Shown: positions 1 to 8,156, numbered from the stretch's first letter. The stretch is DNA of 64,000 nucleotides from Patescibacteria group bacterium (GCA_041671125.1 JBAZCA010000003.1:64689-128688), one strand, 5' to 3'. The notes: generated by a model not told the origin, from the letters alone. Numbers and translations are program-made.

Positions 1-1
1 C

Positions 2-100
2 AAAGCGGAAATGCTCCGCGAATCAATCGCTGACGCGAAAACCGCTAAAAAATCCTTTACCAAAGGCTCGGAGCTTATTAAAGACGCTTTAAGAGGCTGA
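2..100 (+). CDS. Partial (C-terminal) RelB/DinJ-like type II antitoxin, truncated by window edge
   Basis: Open frame from the window edge to TGA at 98-100, 2 nt before the toxin ATG. Translation is KAEMLRESIADAKTAKKSFTKGSELIKDALRG. Position and spacing are typical of an antitoxin-toxin operon. Confidence 0.5.
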   Translation, partial: KAEMLRESIADAKTAKKSFTKGSELIKDALRG

Positions 101-102
101 TT

Positions 103-375
103 ATGTATTCGCTAAAATATTCAAGCCGCTTTAAAAAAGACTTAAAACGCTTCCGGAATGACCGAAAACTGCTCTCTCTGCTGGAAGATTTTTTAGACCT
201 CCTGGCTGAAGGAGGGAAATTATCCGAAAAATATTGCCGTCATGAGCTCCGCGGCGAGTTTAAAGGCTGTTTTGAATGCCATCTTCGGCCGGACGTTCTC
301 CTTATCTATAAAATTGAAGAAAAAAAACTCTTAGTGTTATTGCTTAGAATCGGCTCTCATTCGGAATTGTTTTAA
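103..375 (+). CDS. Type II toxin, YafQ/RelE family mRNA interferase
   Basis: 90-aa ORF. Pattern YSxRFKKDLKR...HELRGEFKGCFECHLRPDVLLIY...RIGSHSELF is typical of YafQ/RelE-fold toxins. Tightly coupled to the upstream antitoxin fragment. Confidence 0.8.
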   Translation: MYSLKYSSRFKKDLKRFRNDRKLLSLLEDFLDLLAEGGKLSEKYCRHELRGEFKGCFECHLRPDVLLIYKIEEKKLLVLLLRIGSHSELF

Positions 376-479
376 AAATAGCCGGAATATATAGAAAAAT
401 AATCCGACAAACCCGCTTTTTTTCGGGGTTTTTGTTTTTATCTGATTGTCTGAGCTACTGATTATCACTGAAACCACTG

Positions 480-559
480 ACTTGCCTGCTCGCCTCGCTT
501 TCGCTCCGGCGAAGCGGGCCGGCAGGCAGGTTTGCTCGCACGCAAATCAAATTGACTTA
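480..559. repeat. GC-rich repeat family A, half copy (inverted relative to 10917-10990)
   Basis: The sequence cttgcctgctcgcctcgctttcgctccggcgaagcgggccggcaggcaggtttgctcgcacgcaaat is nearly identical to the reverse complement of 10921-10990. Confidence 0.85.
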
Positions 560-569
560 TCGCATCATT

Positions 570-587
570 TATGATATGATTATCATA
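570..587. promoter_or_regulatory. Inverted repeat TATGATA-tgat-TATCATA upstream of the Fic gene (possible operator)
   Basis: Read directly. Lies about 20 nt upstream of the ATG at 607. No experimental support. Confidence 0.3.
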
Positions 588-606
588 TAAAAATGATACG
601 ATTTAT

Positions 607-1671
607 ATGAAAAAAATACCTTTAATTCTAAACAAACGGCAGGAAAATATTTTAGATCTTCTTTCCGGCGGGAAGCCGCTTAAAATCTCCGGGATAATTT
701 CGGGGTTAAAGACCGCTTATTCCGGAACGTCAAAAATTACGATTAACCGGGACTTAAAAACTCTCATTGCGTCCGGTTATGTAATTAAAAAAGGCAAAGC
801 CAGAGCCACGGTTTACGAGTTCTCTTCCTCTTATAATCTTCTCCGTTCCGTTGAAGTTAAAAAATATTTCAGCGTTCCGGCCGATAAAAGGGAGGCGAAA
901 GAAAAATTTGATTTCAATATTTTTTCCCTGCTTAAAAATATTTTTACCGGAGAAGAAGAAAAATATCTTTATTCGCTTAACGGCGAATACCGGGACAACC
1001 TGAAAAGAATTTCTCCGGCTATCGCGAAGAATGAGCTTGAAAGGCTGATTATTGAGTTAAGCTGGAAATCTTCGCGGATTGAAGGCAATACTTATTCGCT
1101 CCTTGAAACCGAGGTTCTGATAAAAGAAAAAAAAGAGGCCAAGGGGCATAACAAAGAAGAGGCGATTATGATATTAAACCATAAGGAAACTCTGGATTAT
1201 ATTATTAACAATAAAAAAATCTTCAATAATGTCTCAACCGCCAAAATAGAGGATATTCATTATCTCCTGACGAAAAACCTCGGGATAGCGAAAAATTTAA
1301 GAAAATCGGCCGTCGGAATTGTCGGTACAAAATACCGGCCGCTGGATAACCAGCATGAAATCCGCGAAGCCATGGGAAAAGCCTGCGGAGTAATAAACCG
1401 GGAAAAAAATCATTTTGCCAAAGCGCTCGTCTTGTCGCTTTTAATCGCCTATATCCAGCCGTTTGAAGACGGCAATAAGAGGACGAGCCGCCTGTCCGCT
1501 AATGCCGTCCTGTTAGCCAATAATATTTGTCTGCTTTCCTACCGAAACGTGGACGAAGTGGAATACAAAAAAGCCGTTATTTTGTTTTATGAACAAAACA
1601 ACCTGAGTTATTTTAAAAGGCTTTTTATTGAACAGTCTGAGTTCGCCGTAAAAAATTACTTTAAAGCCTGA
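607..1671 (+). CDS. Fic/DOC family protein with N-terminal winged-HTH-like region and a variant Fic motif
   Basis: Fic core motif region reads IQPFEDGNKRTSRL (canonical HxFx[DE]GN[GK]RxxR). The N-terminus NILDLLSGGKPLKISGIISGL is HTH-like. Confidence 0.8.
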   Translation: MKKIPLILNKRQENILDLLSGGKPLKISGIISGLKTAYSGTSKITINRDLKTLIASGYVIKKGKARATVYEFSSSYNLLRSVEVKKYFSVPADKREAKEKFDFNIFSLLKNIFTGEEEKYLYSLNGEYRDNLKRISPAIAKNELERLIIELSWKSSRIEGNTYSLLETEVLIKEKKEAKGHNKEEAIMILNHKETLDYIINNKKIFNNVSTAKIEDIHYLLTKNLGIAKNLRKSAVGIVGTKYRPLDNQHEIREAMGKACGVINREKNHFAKALVLSLLIAYIQPFEDGNKRTSRLSANAVLLANNICLLSYRNVDEVEYKKAVILFYEQNNLSYFKRLFIEQSEFAVKNYFKA

Positions 1672-3383
1672 GAGGCAAAAATTCGCTTCACCATATACGT
1701 CTTATTCAACCTATATCCGAGCTTCCGGTAATACCCTCTCGCTCCGATTCCGGAAATAATCATCATTTTTTTAAAACCATTTTCCCGGGCGATTTTTTCC
1801 GCCTCGGCTAAAAGCAGTTTACCAAGGCCTGAATGCTGAACCCGGCCCGCTTTCCCAACCGGCGCCAACTCGCCGTAAACATGCAGTTCTCTTATAATCG
1901 CGGGATTGTCAGATAATAATCCATACTTCTTGTTAAGTCGGGTTGTAAGTTGCGAGTTGTGAGATATGGAAATATTGTTATGAGTTGCGAGTTGTGAGAT
2001 ATGAGTTATGAGATATGAGTTATGAGACAGCCTTAACCTACAAAACCCGTATAACACCTTTTTATCTTTGGACTCAACACTAATAAAATACTCCTCTCCA
2101 TCCGAAGCCTGATAACTCTTAATTCTTAATTCGTAATTTTTAATTCTTAATTCCTTCGGCTCTCGGCATCTTATGCATCGGCATTCCGCGCCCGAATCGG
2201 CCATCACCTGCCTTAAGTTAGTAATCTTATTGCCGGCCATAATTGACTCGCCCGGAATATCGCGGATCAATCTTATTATCCGGACGTATTCGGGCACGGC
2301 CTTTTTACAGTCTATTATCAGCTGGCGCAAAACCTTATCCCCATACGGCTTATATTTTCCGGCTTTCCACCACCGATAAAGCAAACTGCCGCGGGTAACG
2401 ACAGTCGGATAGAATTTAATCTGGTCCGGCTGGAACCGCGAATCATTAAACAGCGTTTTAAACATGACTAAATCTTTTTTGGCGGTCGCTCCGGGCAGGC
2501 CGGGCATGAGATGATAAGTCACTTTAAAACCAAAATCTTTTAATAACTTTGTCGCCTTAATGATCGCCGCTACGCCATGCCCGCGCCTGTTTAACTTCAG
2601 GATTTTATCGTCAATCGCCTGAATGCCTAATTCCACCCTCGTGCATCCGAGCTCGCGCATTTCCCATAATTCTTTTTCATCAATATAGTCCGGCCGGGTT
2701 TCAAGGGTCAGGCCGATAATTTTATACTTCGCTTTTTCGTTTTTCTTTTGCTCATTCAGCATCGTCATCCTGAGCGTAGCGAAGGATCTCGAGTTAGCGC
2801 GCTCAATGCGGGATTCTTCCCCGCCGAATCGGCGAGTCAGAATGACGGCAGAAGTATATTCATTCGCCGCCCGAAAGCACTCTTTTACGAACCAATATTT
2901 ATACTTCTCCGGCAGAACCGACCAGGTTCCGCCAATAACAATCAGTTCAATTTTCGTCGGCTCGTGCCCGTTCGCTTCTAACGCTCTAAGCCTCAGCTGA
3001 ACCTGCAAGTAAGGATTATAGTTACAGCGAATCGCCCGCATTACTGCCGGTTCATTGGAGAGATAACTCTGCGGGACGTCTTTTTCCGTCGGGCAATAGG
3101 CGCATTTGCCCGGGCAGGCGTAAGGCATGGTAAGAACCGCCACCGGAGCGATACCCGAGAGAGTCCGGACTTCGCGCTTACGGAGCAGACGGCGCAGGCT
3201 GGCGGACAAACCGGATTTACCGGCGCCGTATTCCTTTAAAATGTCGGAATTTTTTAACATGGCCAGATTATTTTTCCTCGCGATAATTCTCTTAGCCGCC
3301 ATTAACTCTTTAGCCGAATTTATCGGCATTTTTATCAGTTCTTTTACTGCTGACCGGACTTTTTTCTCCGCTAGGTTTTCCAT
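1656..3383 (-). CDS. elp3: Elp3-like radical SAM / GNAT acetyltransferase (tRNA U34 cm5 modification family)
   Basis: Radical SAM cluster CPGKCAYCP, ELGIQ and IRELHVYG motifs, and a C-terminal GNAT segment QHSGLGKLLLAEAE...GYYRKLGY. The 575 aa include three repeat-derived inserts. Confidence 0.85.
   Translation of the reverse strand: MENLAEKKVRSAVKELIKMPINSAKELMAAKRIIARKNNLAMLKNSDILKEYGAGKSGLSASLRRLLRKREVRTLSGIAPVAVLTMPYACPGKCAYCPTEKDVPQSYLSNEPAVMRAIRCNYNPYLQVQLRLRALEANGHEPTKIELIVIGGTWSVLPEKYKYWFVKECFRAANEYTSAVILTRRFGGEESRIERANSRSFATLRMTMLNEQKKNEKAKYKIIGLTLETRPDYIDEKELWEMRELGCTRVELGIQAIDDKILKLNRRGHGVAAIIKATKLLKDFGFKVTYHLMPGLPGATAKKDLVMFKTLFNDSRFQPDQIKFYPTVVTRGSLLYRWWKAGKYKPYGDKVLRQLIIDCKKAVPEYVRIIRLIRDIPGESIMAGNKITNLRQVMADSGAECRCIRCREPKELRIKNYELRIKSYQASDGEEYFISVESKDKKVLYGFCRLRLSHNSYLITHISQLATHNNISISHNSQLTTRLNKKYGLLSDNPAIIRELHVYGELAPVGKAGRVQHSGLGKLLLAEAEKIARENGFKKMMIISGIGARGYYRKLGYRLNKTYMVKRIFASQALK
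1941..2028. repeat. Low-complexity tandem repeats inside the elp3 coding sequence
   Basis: agttgcgagttgtgagatatg occurs at 1948-1968 and 1983-2003. agatatgagttatg occurs twice in tandem at 1997-2024. Minus-strand translation is SHNSYLITHISQLATHNNISISHNSQLTT. Confidence 0.85.
2116..2154. repeat. Low-complexity repeat (ttaattc/ttaattcgtaat type) inside elp3
   Basis: Sequence ctcttaattcttaattcgtaatttttaattcttaattcc, translating to ELRIKNYELRIKSY. It resembles the intergenic aattacaaatt / cgtaaatt repeats elsewhere in the window. Confidence 0.7.
2764..2846. repeat. Palindromic repeat family B copy (GTCATCCTGAG...CTCAGAATGAC) lying in frame inside elp3
   Basis: Its termini and inner GAAGGATCT / GGATTCTTC arms match the copies at 39689-39767, 43402-43491 and 61867-61955. 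The ORF is uninterrupted across it. Confidence 0.85.
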
Positions 3384-3468
3384 TGATTATTATTTTAAGC
3401 TCTGCTAGAATAAAGGCAAATGACAGTCAAATAAGCTTTAAATATTCAATTAATTAAACCATAAATTT

Positions 3469-4608
3469 ATGAAAAAAACAACCCTGATTTTTGCCTCGCT
3501 TCTCGCTCTTTTTCTCGTTATCCCGGCTTCTGTTTCGGCCTACGAAACCCGAAAAGGAAATTCGGTAATCGTCGCTAAAGACGAAGTGATTAACGGCAAC
3601 CTGTATACTGCCGGAGCCAACATCAGTATTGAAGGCCATATCAAAGGCGATGTTTTCTGCGCCGGACAGACGATTAATATCAAAGGCGAGGTTGACGGCT
3701 CGGTTTTCTGCGCCGGCCAGAATATCAACCTGGACGGCAAGGTCGCCGGTTCGGCTCGGATGGCCGCGTCAACCATTAATATTAACGGCTCTATCGGCCA
3801 GAACGCCAACGCTTTCGCCGCCGCGGTGAGCGCCGGAGATAATTCAAAAATCGGCTGGGACATGCTTATTGGAGCCGCTGGCGCCAATCTTTCGGGCGAA
3901 ATTGGCAACGACCTTCATGGCGGAGGAGCTAACATCTCCTTAAACGGTAAAGTCGGCCGAAACGTTAACCTGGCTTTGGGCGACAAAAAAGATTCCAGCC
4001 TTACTCTCGGGGATAAAGCGATAATCGGCGGCGGACTTACCTACCGGGCGGCGGAAACCGCGGAAATCTCCGGTCAGGCTAAGATCGCCGGAGAAACCAT
4101 TCGCAAAGAATTCACTGCTAGAACAAAAAGTTCCGGACCGGCCGCGCGCGCGGGAATGATAATTTTTTCAATTTTTTCCTCGCTCATCATCGGTCTGGTT
4201 CTCGTCAGCGTTTTCCGGGAAAAAATCATCGCCATTACCGATCTTATGCTTAATAAAATCGCGGCCTCAATCGGCATCGGCTTCCTCGCCCTGATTCTCG
4301 CGCCGTTTGCTTTCATTATCCTCGCCATAACCGTCATCGGCATCCCGCTTTCGCTCATCCTTCTTGTTCTCTGGATCATCGCCCTCTGCCTCTCAAAAAT
4401 AATCACCGGCATCTTTTTGGGCCGGGTACTCGTTGAAAAATATTGGGCCGTTAAAAAAGAATCTCTGATCTGGCCCATGATCATCGGCGTAACCGTAACG
4501 AGCCTTATCTGCTTTATTCCGTTTATCGGCTGGGTTCTCGGCCTTATCGCCGTCCTCTGGGCGCTTGGGGGAATGGTCTTAACCCTAAAAAATCCTGATA
4601 AAATATGA
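3469..4608 (+). CDS. Membrane protein with signal peptide, bactofilin-like beta-helical repeats and a C-terminal multi-TM domain
   Basis: N-terminal signal sequence. Repeats GDVFCAGQTINIKGEVDGSVFCAGQNINLDGKVAGS. About 5 hydrophobic helices in the C-terminal third. Confidence 0.6.
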   Translation: MKKTTLIFASLLALFLVIPASVSAYETRKGNSVIVAKDEVINGNLYTAGANISIEGHIKGDVFCAGQTINIKGEVDGSVFCAGQNINLDGKVAGSARMAASTININGSIGQNANAFAAAVSAGDNSKIGWDMLIGAAGANLSGEIGNDLHGGGANISLNGKVGRNVNLALGDKKDSSLTLGDKAIIGGGLTYRAAETAEISGQAKIAGETIRKEFTARTKSSGPAARAGMIIFSIFSSLIIGLVLVSVFREKIIAITDLMLNKIAASIGIGFLALILAPFAFIILAITVIGIPLSLILLVLWIIALCLSKIITGIFLGRVLVEKYWAVKKESLIWPMIIGVTVTSLICFIPFIGWVLGLIAVLWALGGMVLTLKNPDKI

Positions 4609-6032
4609 AAGTTAATCCTTATATTTTTCGCGGCTATGACTTACGAGGCTTAGTTGATATTGATTTGAATCCCAAAATCATTGAACACATCGGCCGGGCT
4701 CATGGCACCTATTTAAAAAGAAACAATATAAAAGACGCGCTCGTTGGCTATGATTGCCGGGCCACCAGCAAGGATTACGCCCGGGCTCTTATAAAAGGCA
4801 TGAGCTGGGCCGGAATAAACACCGTCAATATCGGCATGACTATGGTCGGCACTTTTTATTGGGCGCAATATTTTTTGAACATCAAAGGCGGGGCTTTTAT
4901 TACCGCCTCCCACAACCCGGCTGAATACAACGGAATTAAATTCGCCATTGATTATTCCGAGACCCTGGTTAGCGACGGAATGCAGGAACTCTTAAGAATG
5001 GTGGAAGAGGATGATTACGAGCAGGGCAAAACTCCGGGAAAAATAGAAGAAAGGGATATTTTAAAAGATTATATTGATGACCTTAAAAAGAGAATAAGCA
5101 TTGAAAAAAAGTTCAGGGTAGTTATTGATCCAGGCTGTTCAACTGCCGGGGCGATAATGCCGAGAGTTTTGCGGGAATTCGGCTTAGAGGTGGTGGAAAA
5201 AAACTGCAATATTGATCCGACCTTCCCTCTCGGCACGCCTGATCCAACAGAACTATTAGTAGCTGAAAGATTAAGAAAAGAAGTGCTGGAGGAAAAAGCC
5301 GATATTGGCTTCACTTATGACGCCGATGGAGACCGGATCGGAATAGTGGATGAAAAGGGCGGAATTATCTGGAATGATGTCTTATTGGCGCTTCTGGTGG
5401 TTGACGTCTTGGAAAAACATCCGGGCGATAAGATAATGTATAATTTGCTCTGCTCCAAAGCGGTGGAGGAAACCATAAAAAAATTCGGCGGCCAGCCGTT
5501 CATTTGGCGGGTCGGACACTCCTTCCTTAAGAAAAAAAACCAAGAAATAAAAGCGGCTTTTATCGGCGAACTTTCCGGCCACTTTTTTTTCTCAGCCGAC
5601 TTCTATAATCATGATGATGGCTGTTATACAACCGTGAGGCTTTTGGACTATCTATCAAGAAGCGGGCAATCATTATCTCAAGCGGCAGAGACGCTCCCAA
5701 AATATATTTCCAGCCCGGAAATTAAATTGTCCTGCCCTGACAATAAAAAAACGATTTTAATGGAAAAAATAGCTCCAATTTTAAAAATTGATTTTCCGGG
5801 CGCTCTGGTTATTGATGATGAGCGGGCCGGCGACGGAATAAGGCTGGATTTAAAGGACGGGATGTTTGTGATCCGCTACTCGCAAAACGGCCCATACATA
5901 ACCGTCAAATATGAATCAAAAACCAAGGCCGGTTATGAAAAATTAAAAGAATACATTAAAAAACTTCTCTCTATGTTTCCTGAAATTGACTGGAACGACA
6001 AAATTAACGTCAACTTGGAATCCCTTAGCTAA
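4605..6032 (+). CDS. Phosphomannomutase/phosphoglucomutase family (alpha-D-phosphohexomutase)
   Basis: Active-site loop TASHNPAEYNGIK and metal loop DADGDR. 4-bp ATGA overlap with the upstream gene. Confidence 0.85.
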   Translation: MKVNPYIFRGYDLRGLVDIDLNPKIIEHIGRAHGTYLKRNNIKDALVGYDCRATSKDYARALIKGMSWAGINTVNIGMTMVGTFYWAQYFLNIKGGAFITASHNPAEYNGIKFAIDYSETLVSDGMQELLRMVEEDDYEQGKTPGKIEERDILKDYIDDLKKRISIEKKFRVVIDPGCSTAGAIMPRVLREFGLEVVEKNCNIDPTFPLGTPDPTELLVAERLRKEVLEEKADIGFTYDADGDRIGIVDEKGGIIWNDVLLALLVVDVLEKHPGDKIMYNLLCSKAVEETIKKFGGQPFIWRVGHSFLKKKNQEIKAAFIGELSGHFFFSADFYNHDDGCYTTVRLLDYLSRSGQSLSQAAETLPKYISSPEIKLSCPDNKKTILMEKIAPILKIDFPGALVIDDERAGDGIRLDLKDGMFVIRYSQNGPYITVKYESKTKAGYEKLKEYIKKLLSMFPEIDWNDKINVNLESLS

Positions 6033-6050
6033 AAACTTAAGGCCAGTTTT

Positions 6051-6830
6051 ATGAACCTAATTCACGCCCTCATTTTCGGCATCGTTGAAGGCATTACCGA
6101 GTTCCTGCCGGTTTCTTCAACCGGGCATCTTTTACTCACGGCTAAAATTCTCGGGCTGGCGCAGACTGAATTTTTAAAAACTTTTGAAATTTCCATCCAG
6201 CTGGGCGCTATCCTTTCGGTCGTGGTTTTATACTGGAGAAAGCTCCTCGTCAATTTTGAAGTGATGAAACGGATCGCCGCGGCCTTTATCCCGACCGGCG
6301 TCATCGGATTGATCTTTTACAAAATCGTCAAAACTTATCTCCTGGAAAGCGCGTCCATAGTTATTTGGTCGCTTCTTGTCGGCGGAATAATCATGATCGC
6401 TTTTGAAAAATGGCGCGAAGAAAAACCGGAAATCCCGGAGCAAAGGCTTGAAGATCTGCCCTATAAAAAATGCGTGGCTGTCGGAATCTTCCAGTCTCTC
6501 GCCATAATCCCCGGCGTTTCCCGCTCAGCCGCCACGATCTTAGGCGGACTTTATCTCGGCCTTAACCGAAAAGCGATTGTTGAATTTTCCTTTTTGCTCG
6601 CCGTTCCGACTATGCTCGCCGCCACCGGCGTTGATTTAATAAAAAATTTTTCCGCGTTTGACGTCCGGGAAATTACTTTTCTCGCTATCGGTTTTATTAC
6701 TTCATTCGCCACGGCCATCCTGGCCATAAAATTTATGATCAGCTACATTAAAAAACACGATTTTACCGCTTTCGGTATTTATCGCGTCGCCATCGCGATT
6801 ATTTTTTTATTAGCCGCTCTCCTGAAATAA
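6051..6830 (+). CDS. uppP: Undecaprenyl-diphosphate phosphatase
   Basis: N-terminus GIVEGITEFLPVSSTGHL plus PGVSRSAATI, characteristic of BacA/UppP. Confidence 0.9.
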   Translation: MNLIHALIFGIVEGITEFLPVSSTGHLLLTAKILGLAQTEFLKTFEISIQLGAILSVVVLYWRKLLVNFEVMKRIAAAFIPTGVIGLIFYKIVKTYLLESASIVIWSLLVGGIIMIAFEKWREEKPEIPEQRLEDLPYKKCVAVGIFQSLAIIPGVSRSAATILGGLYLGLNRKAIVEFSFLLAVPTMLAATGVDLIKNFSAFDVREITFLAIGFITSFATAILAIKFMISYIKKHDFTAFGIYRVAIAIIFLLAALLK

Positions 6831-6889
6831 TAATAACGGATATTACTAATTCACGGACTCTGGATTTTGCCGGACCCGTTTAGCCAACT

Positions 6890-7204
6890 ATGGAAAAATT
6901 AAACTGCTGGGAACTTTTAAAATGCGGCCGCGAACCGGGCGGATTAAAAGTCCACGAACTCGGTTATTGCCCGGTTCCACAATCAGGCGTCGGGAGCGGG
7001 ATAAACGGCGGAAAATACCGGGGACGAATTTGCTGGTCTGTTGCCGGAACTTTTTGCCTCGGAGAAGTCCAGGGTACTTTCGCTAAAAAACGAAAAACCT
7101 GCGCCCTTTGCCCTCATTATTTATTGGTACAGGATGAGGAAGGGGAAGCTTTTACAAAACTTTTACCTGGTCAGTCTCTGCCGGAACAGAACCCGGAAAA
7201 ATAA
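6890..7204 (+). CDS. Small cysteine-rich protein with two CW motifs (two-CW-domain-like)
   Basis: MEKLNCWELLKCGREPGG...CP...ICWSVAGTFC...CALCP. Contains 7 Cys and two Cys-Trp dipeptides. Followed by a terminator. Confidence 0.6.
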   Translation: MEKLNCWELLKCGREPGGLKVHELGYCPVPQSGVGSGINGGKYRGRICWSVAGTFCLGEVQGTFAKKRKTCALCPHYLLVQDEEGEAFTKLLPGQSLPEQNPEK

Positions 7205-7227
7205 ATTAATTTGTGGCAATTATAAAA

Positions 7228-7254
7228 ACAGTCTCATCCCGGAGACTGTTTTTT
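7228..7254 (+). terminator. Rho-independent terminator
   Basis: Stem acagtctc/gagactgt, loop atcccg, followed by a T-run. Confidence 0.8.
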
Positions 7255-7294
7255 AAACACAAAATCCAAAATTCGGCAATCGTAAATTTCTATG

Positions 7295-7368
7295 TGGCTG
7301 GGGAGAGGCTCGAACTCTCGACCTTGGCGTTATGAGTGCCACGCTCTAACCAGCTGAGCTACCCAGCC
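7295..7368 (-). tRNA. tRNA with CAT anticodon (elongator Met or Ile2; not initiator-like)
   Basis: The reverse complement GGCTGGGTAGCTCAGCTGGTTAGAGCGTGGCACTCATAACGCCAAGGTCGAGAGTTCGAGCCTCTCCCCAGCCA folds as a cloverleaf. G1-C72 is paired. Confidence 0.85.
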
Positions 7369-7455
7369 ATCTTAAATTGCCAATTTACAACTTACAATTT
7401 TCAAATTTTTTTCTTTCATTTGGCAATCGTAAATTGACAATCGTCAATCTCTATG

Positions 7456-7527
7456 TGCCCCTGCCAGGATTTGAACCCAGGACCCGACGTCCGAAGCGTC
7501 GTGTGATATCCATTTCACTACAGGGGC
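7456..7527 (-). tRNA. tRNA-Arg (TCG)
   Basis: Reverse complement is GCCCCTGTAGTGAAATGGATATCACACGACGCTTCGGACGTCGGGTCCTGGGTTCAAATCCTGGCAGGGGCA. Anticodon loop CTTCGGA. Confidence 0.85.
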
Positions 7528-7553
7528 ATAACAGCCAAGTACTCCCTGCCTGC

Positions 7554-7573
7554 CCTGCCTGCCGGCAGGCAGG
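7554..7573. repeat. Perfect 20-bp GC-rich palindrome cctgcctgccggcaggcagg (related to family A core)
   Basis: Read directly. It shares CCTGCCTGCCGGC with the repeats at 480-559 and 10917-10990. Confidence 0.8.
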
Positions 7574-7586
7574 CGGCCAAGGCAGG

Positions 7587-7608
7587 TATCCATTTGAGCT
7601 ACGGGCGC
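7587..7608 (-). pseudogene. 5' fragment of a tRNA (acceptor strand + D-arm/loop, Arg-like), truncated at the D-loop by a GC-rich repeat
   Basis: The reverse complement GCGCCCGTAGCTCAAATGGATA is a canonical tRNA 5' end. No matching D-stem 3' strand, anticodon arm or T arm follows. Confidence 0.6.
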
Positions 7609-7762
7609 AACTCCGGCATTTTTAAATAGTCCCGAGCGCTCGGGACTATTATGATATTAGAACAAAATATCCGATTTAGTCAAATTTTAGAATCCCAAAT
7701 ATCACCAATCTTGAGCGGATATTTAGCCATATCCGCTTTCTTCTAAAAAAATTCGCGAGCGC

Positions 7763-8047
7763 TTAAATTTTACCTTTTAACGCGTCTTTTAAAGTCTTGC
7801 CGGTTTTAAATTTAGCTACCGTCACTTCGGGAATCTGGATCCTTTCGCTCGGTTTCTGCGGATTGACGCCGCCGCGCGAATGGCGCTTTCTCGGGATAAA
7901 AGTCCCGAAACCGGCGATCCGGACTTCGTTGCCGGCTTTGAGTTCGCTGATAATTACTCTGACTAACGCCTCAAGCATGGCTTCGGCGTCTTTTCTCGTA
8001 GACGGCGCTTCGGCCGCGATCTTCTCTATTAGCTGGGCTTTATTCAT
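7763..8047 (-). CDS. hup: HU family DNA-binding protein
   Basis: 94 aa. MNKAQLIEKIA...GFGTF...R.GRNP-like arm (RHSRGGVNPQKPSERIQIP). Confidence 0.9.
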   Translation of the reverse strand: MNKAQLIEKIAAEAPSTRKDAEAMLEALVRVIISELKAGNEVRIAGFGTFIPRKRHSRGGVNPQKPSERIQIPEVTVAKFKTGKTLKDALKGKI

Positions 8048-8144
8048 AACGCGTAACCCATAACGCGTAACCCATAACGATAACGATTATCAAGAAAGTC
8101 ATCCAAGATTCGTTATGCGTTACGCGTTTAACGTTATGCGGTAT
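8045..8144. repeat. Long imperfect hairpin built from short tandem motifs (ataacgcgtaaccc / cgttatgcgttacgcg)
   Basis: The left arm 8045-8085 is largely complementary to the right arm 8111-8144. It fills the ymdB stop to hup start gap. Confidence 0.75.
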
Positions 8145-8156
8145 AATTTTAAATTA

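Noticed and set aside
7377-7625. 82-aa plus-strand ORF
   Set aside because: It overlaps tRNA-Arg(TCG), the tRNA fragment and low-complexity or GC-rich repeats on the opposite strand, so it is not coding.
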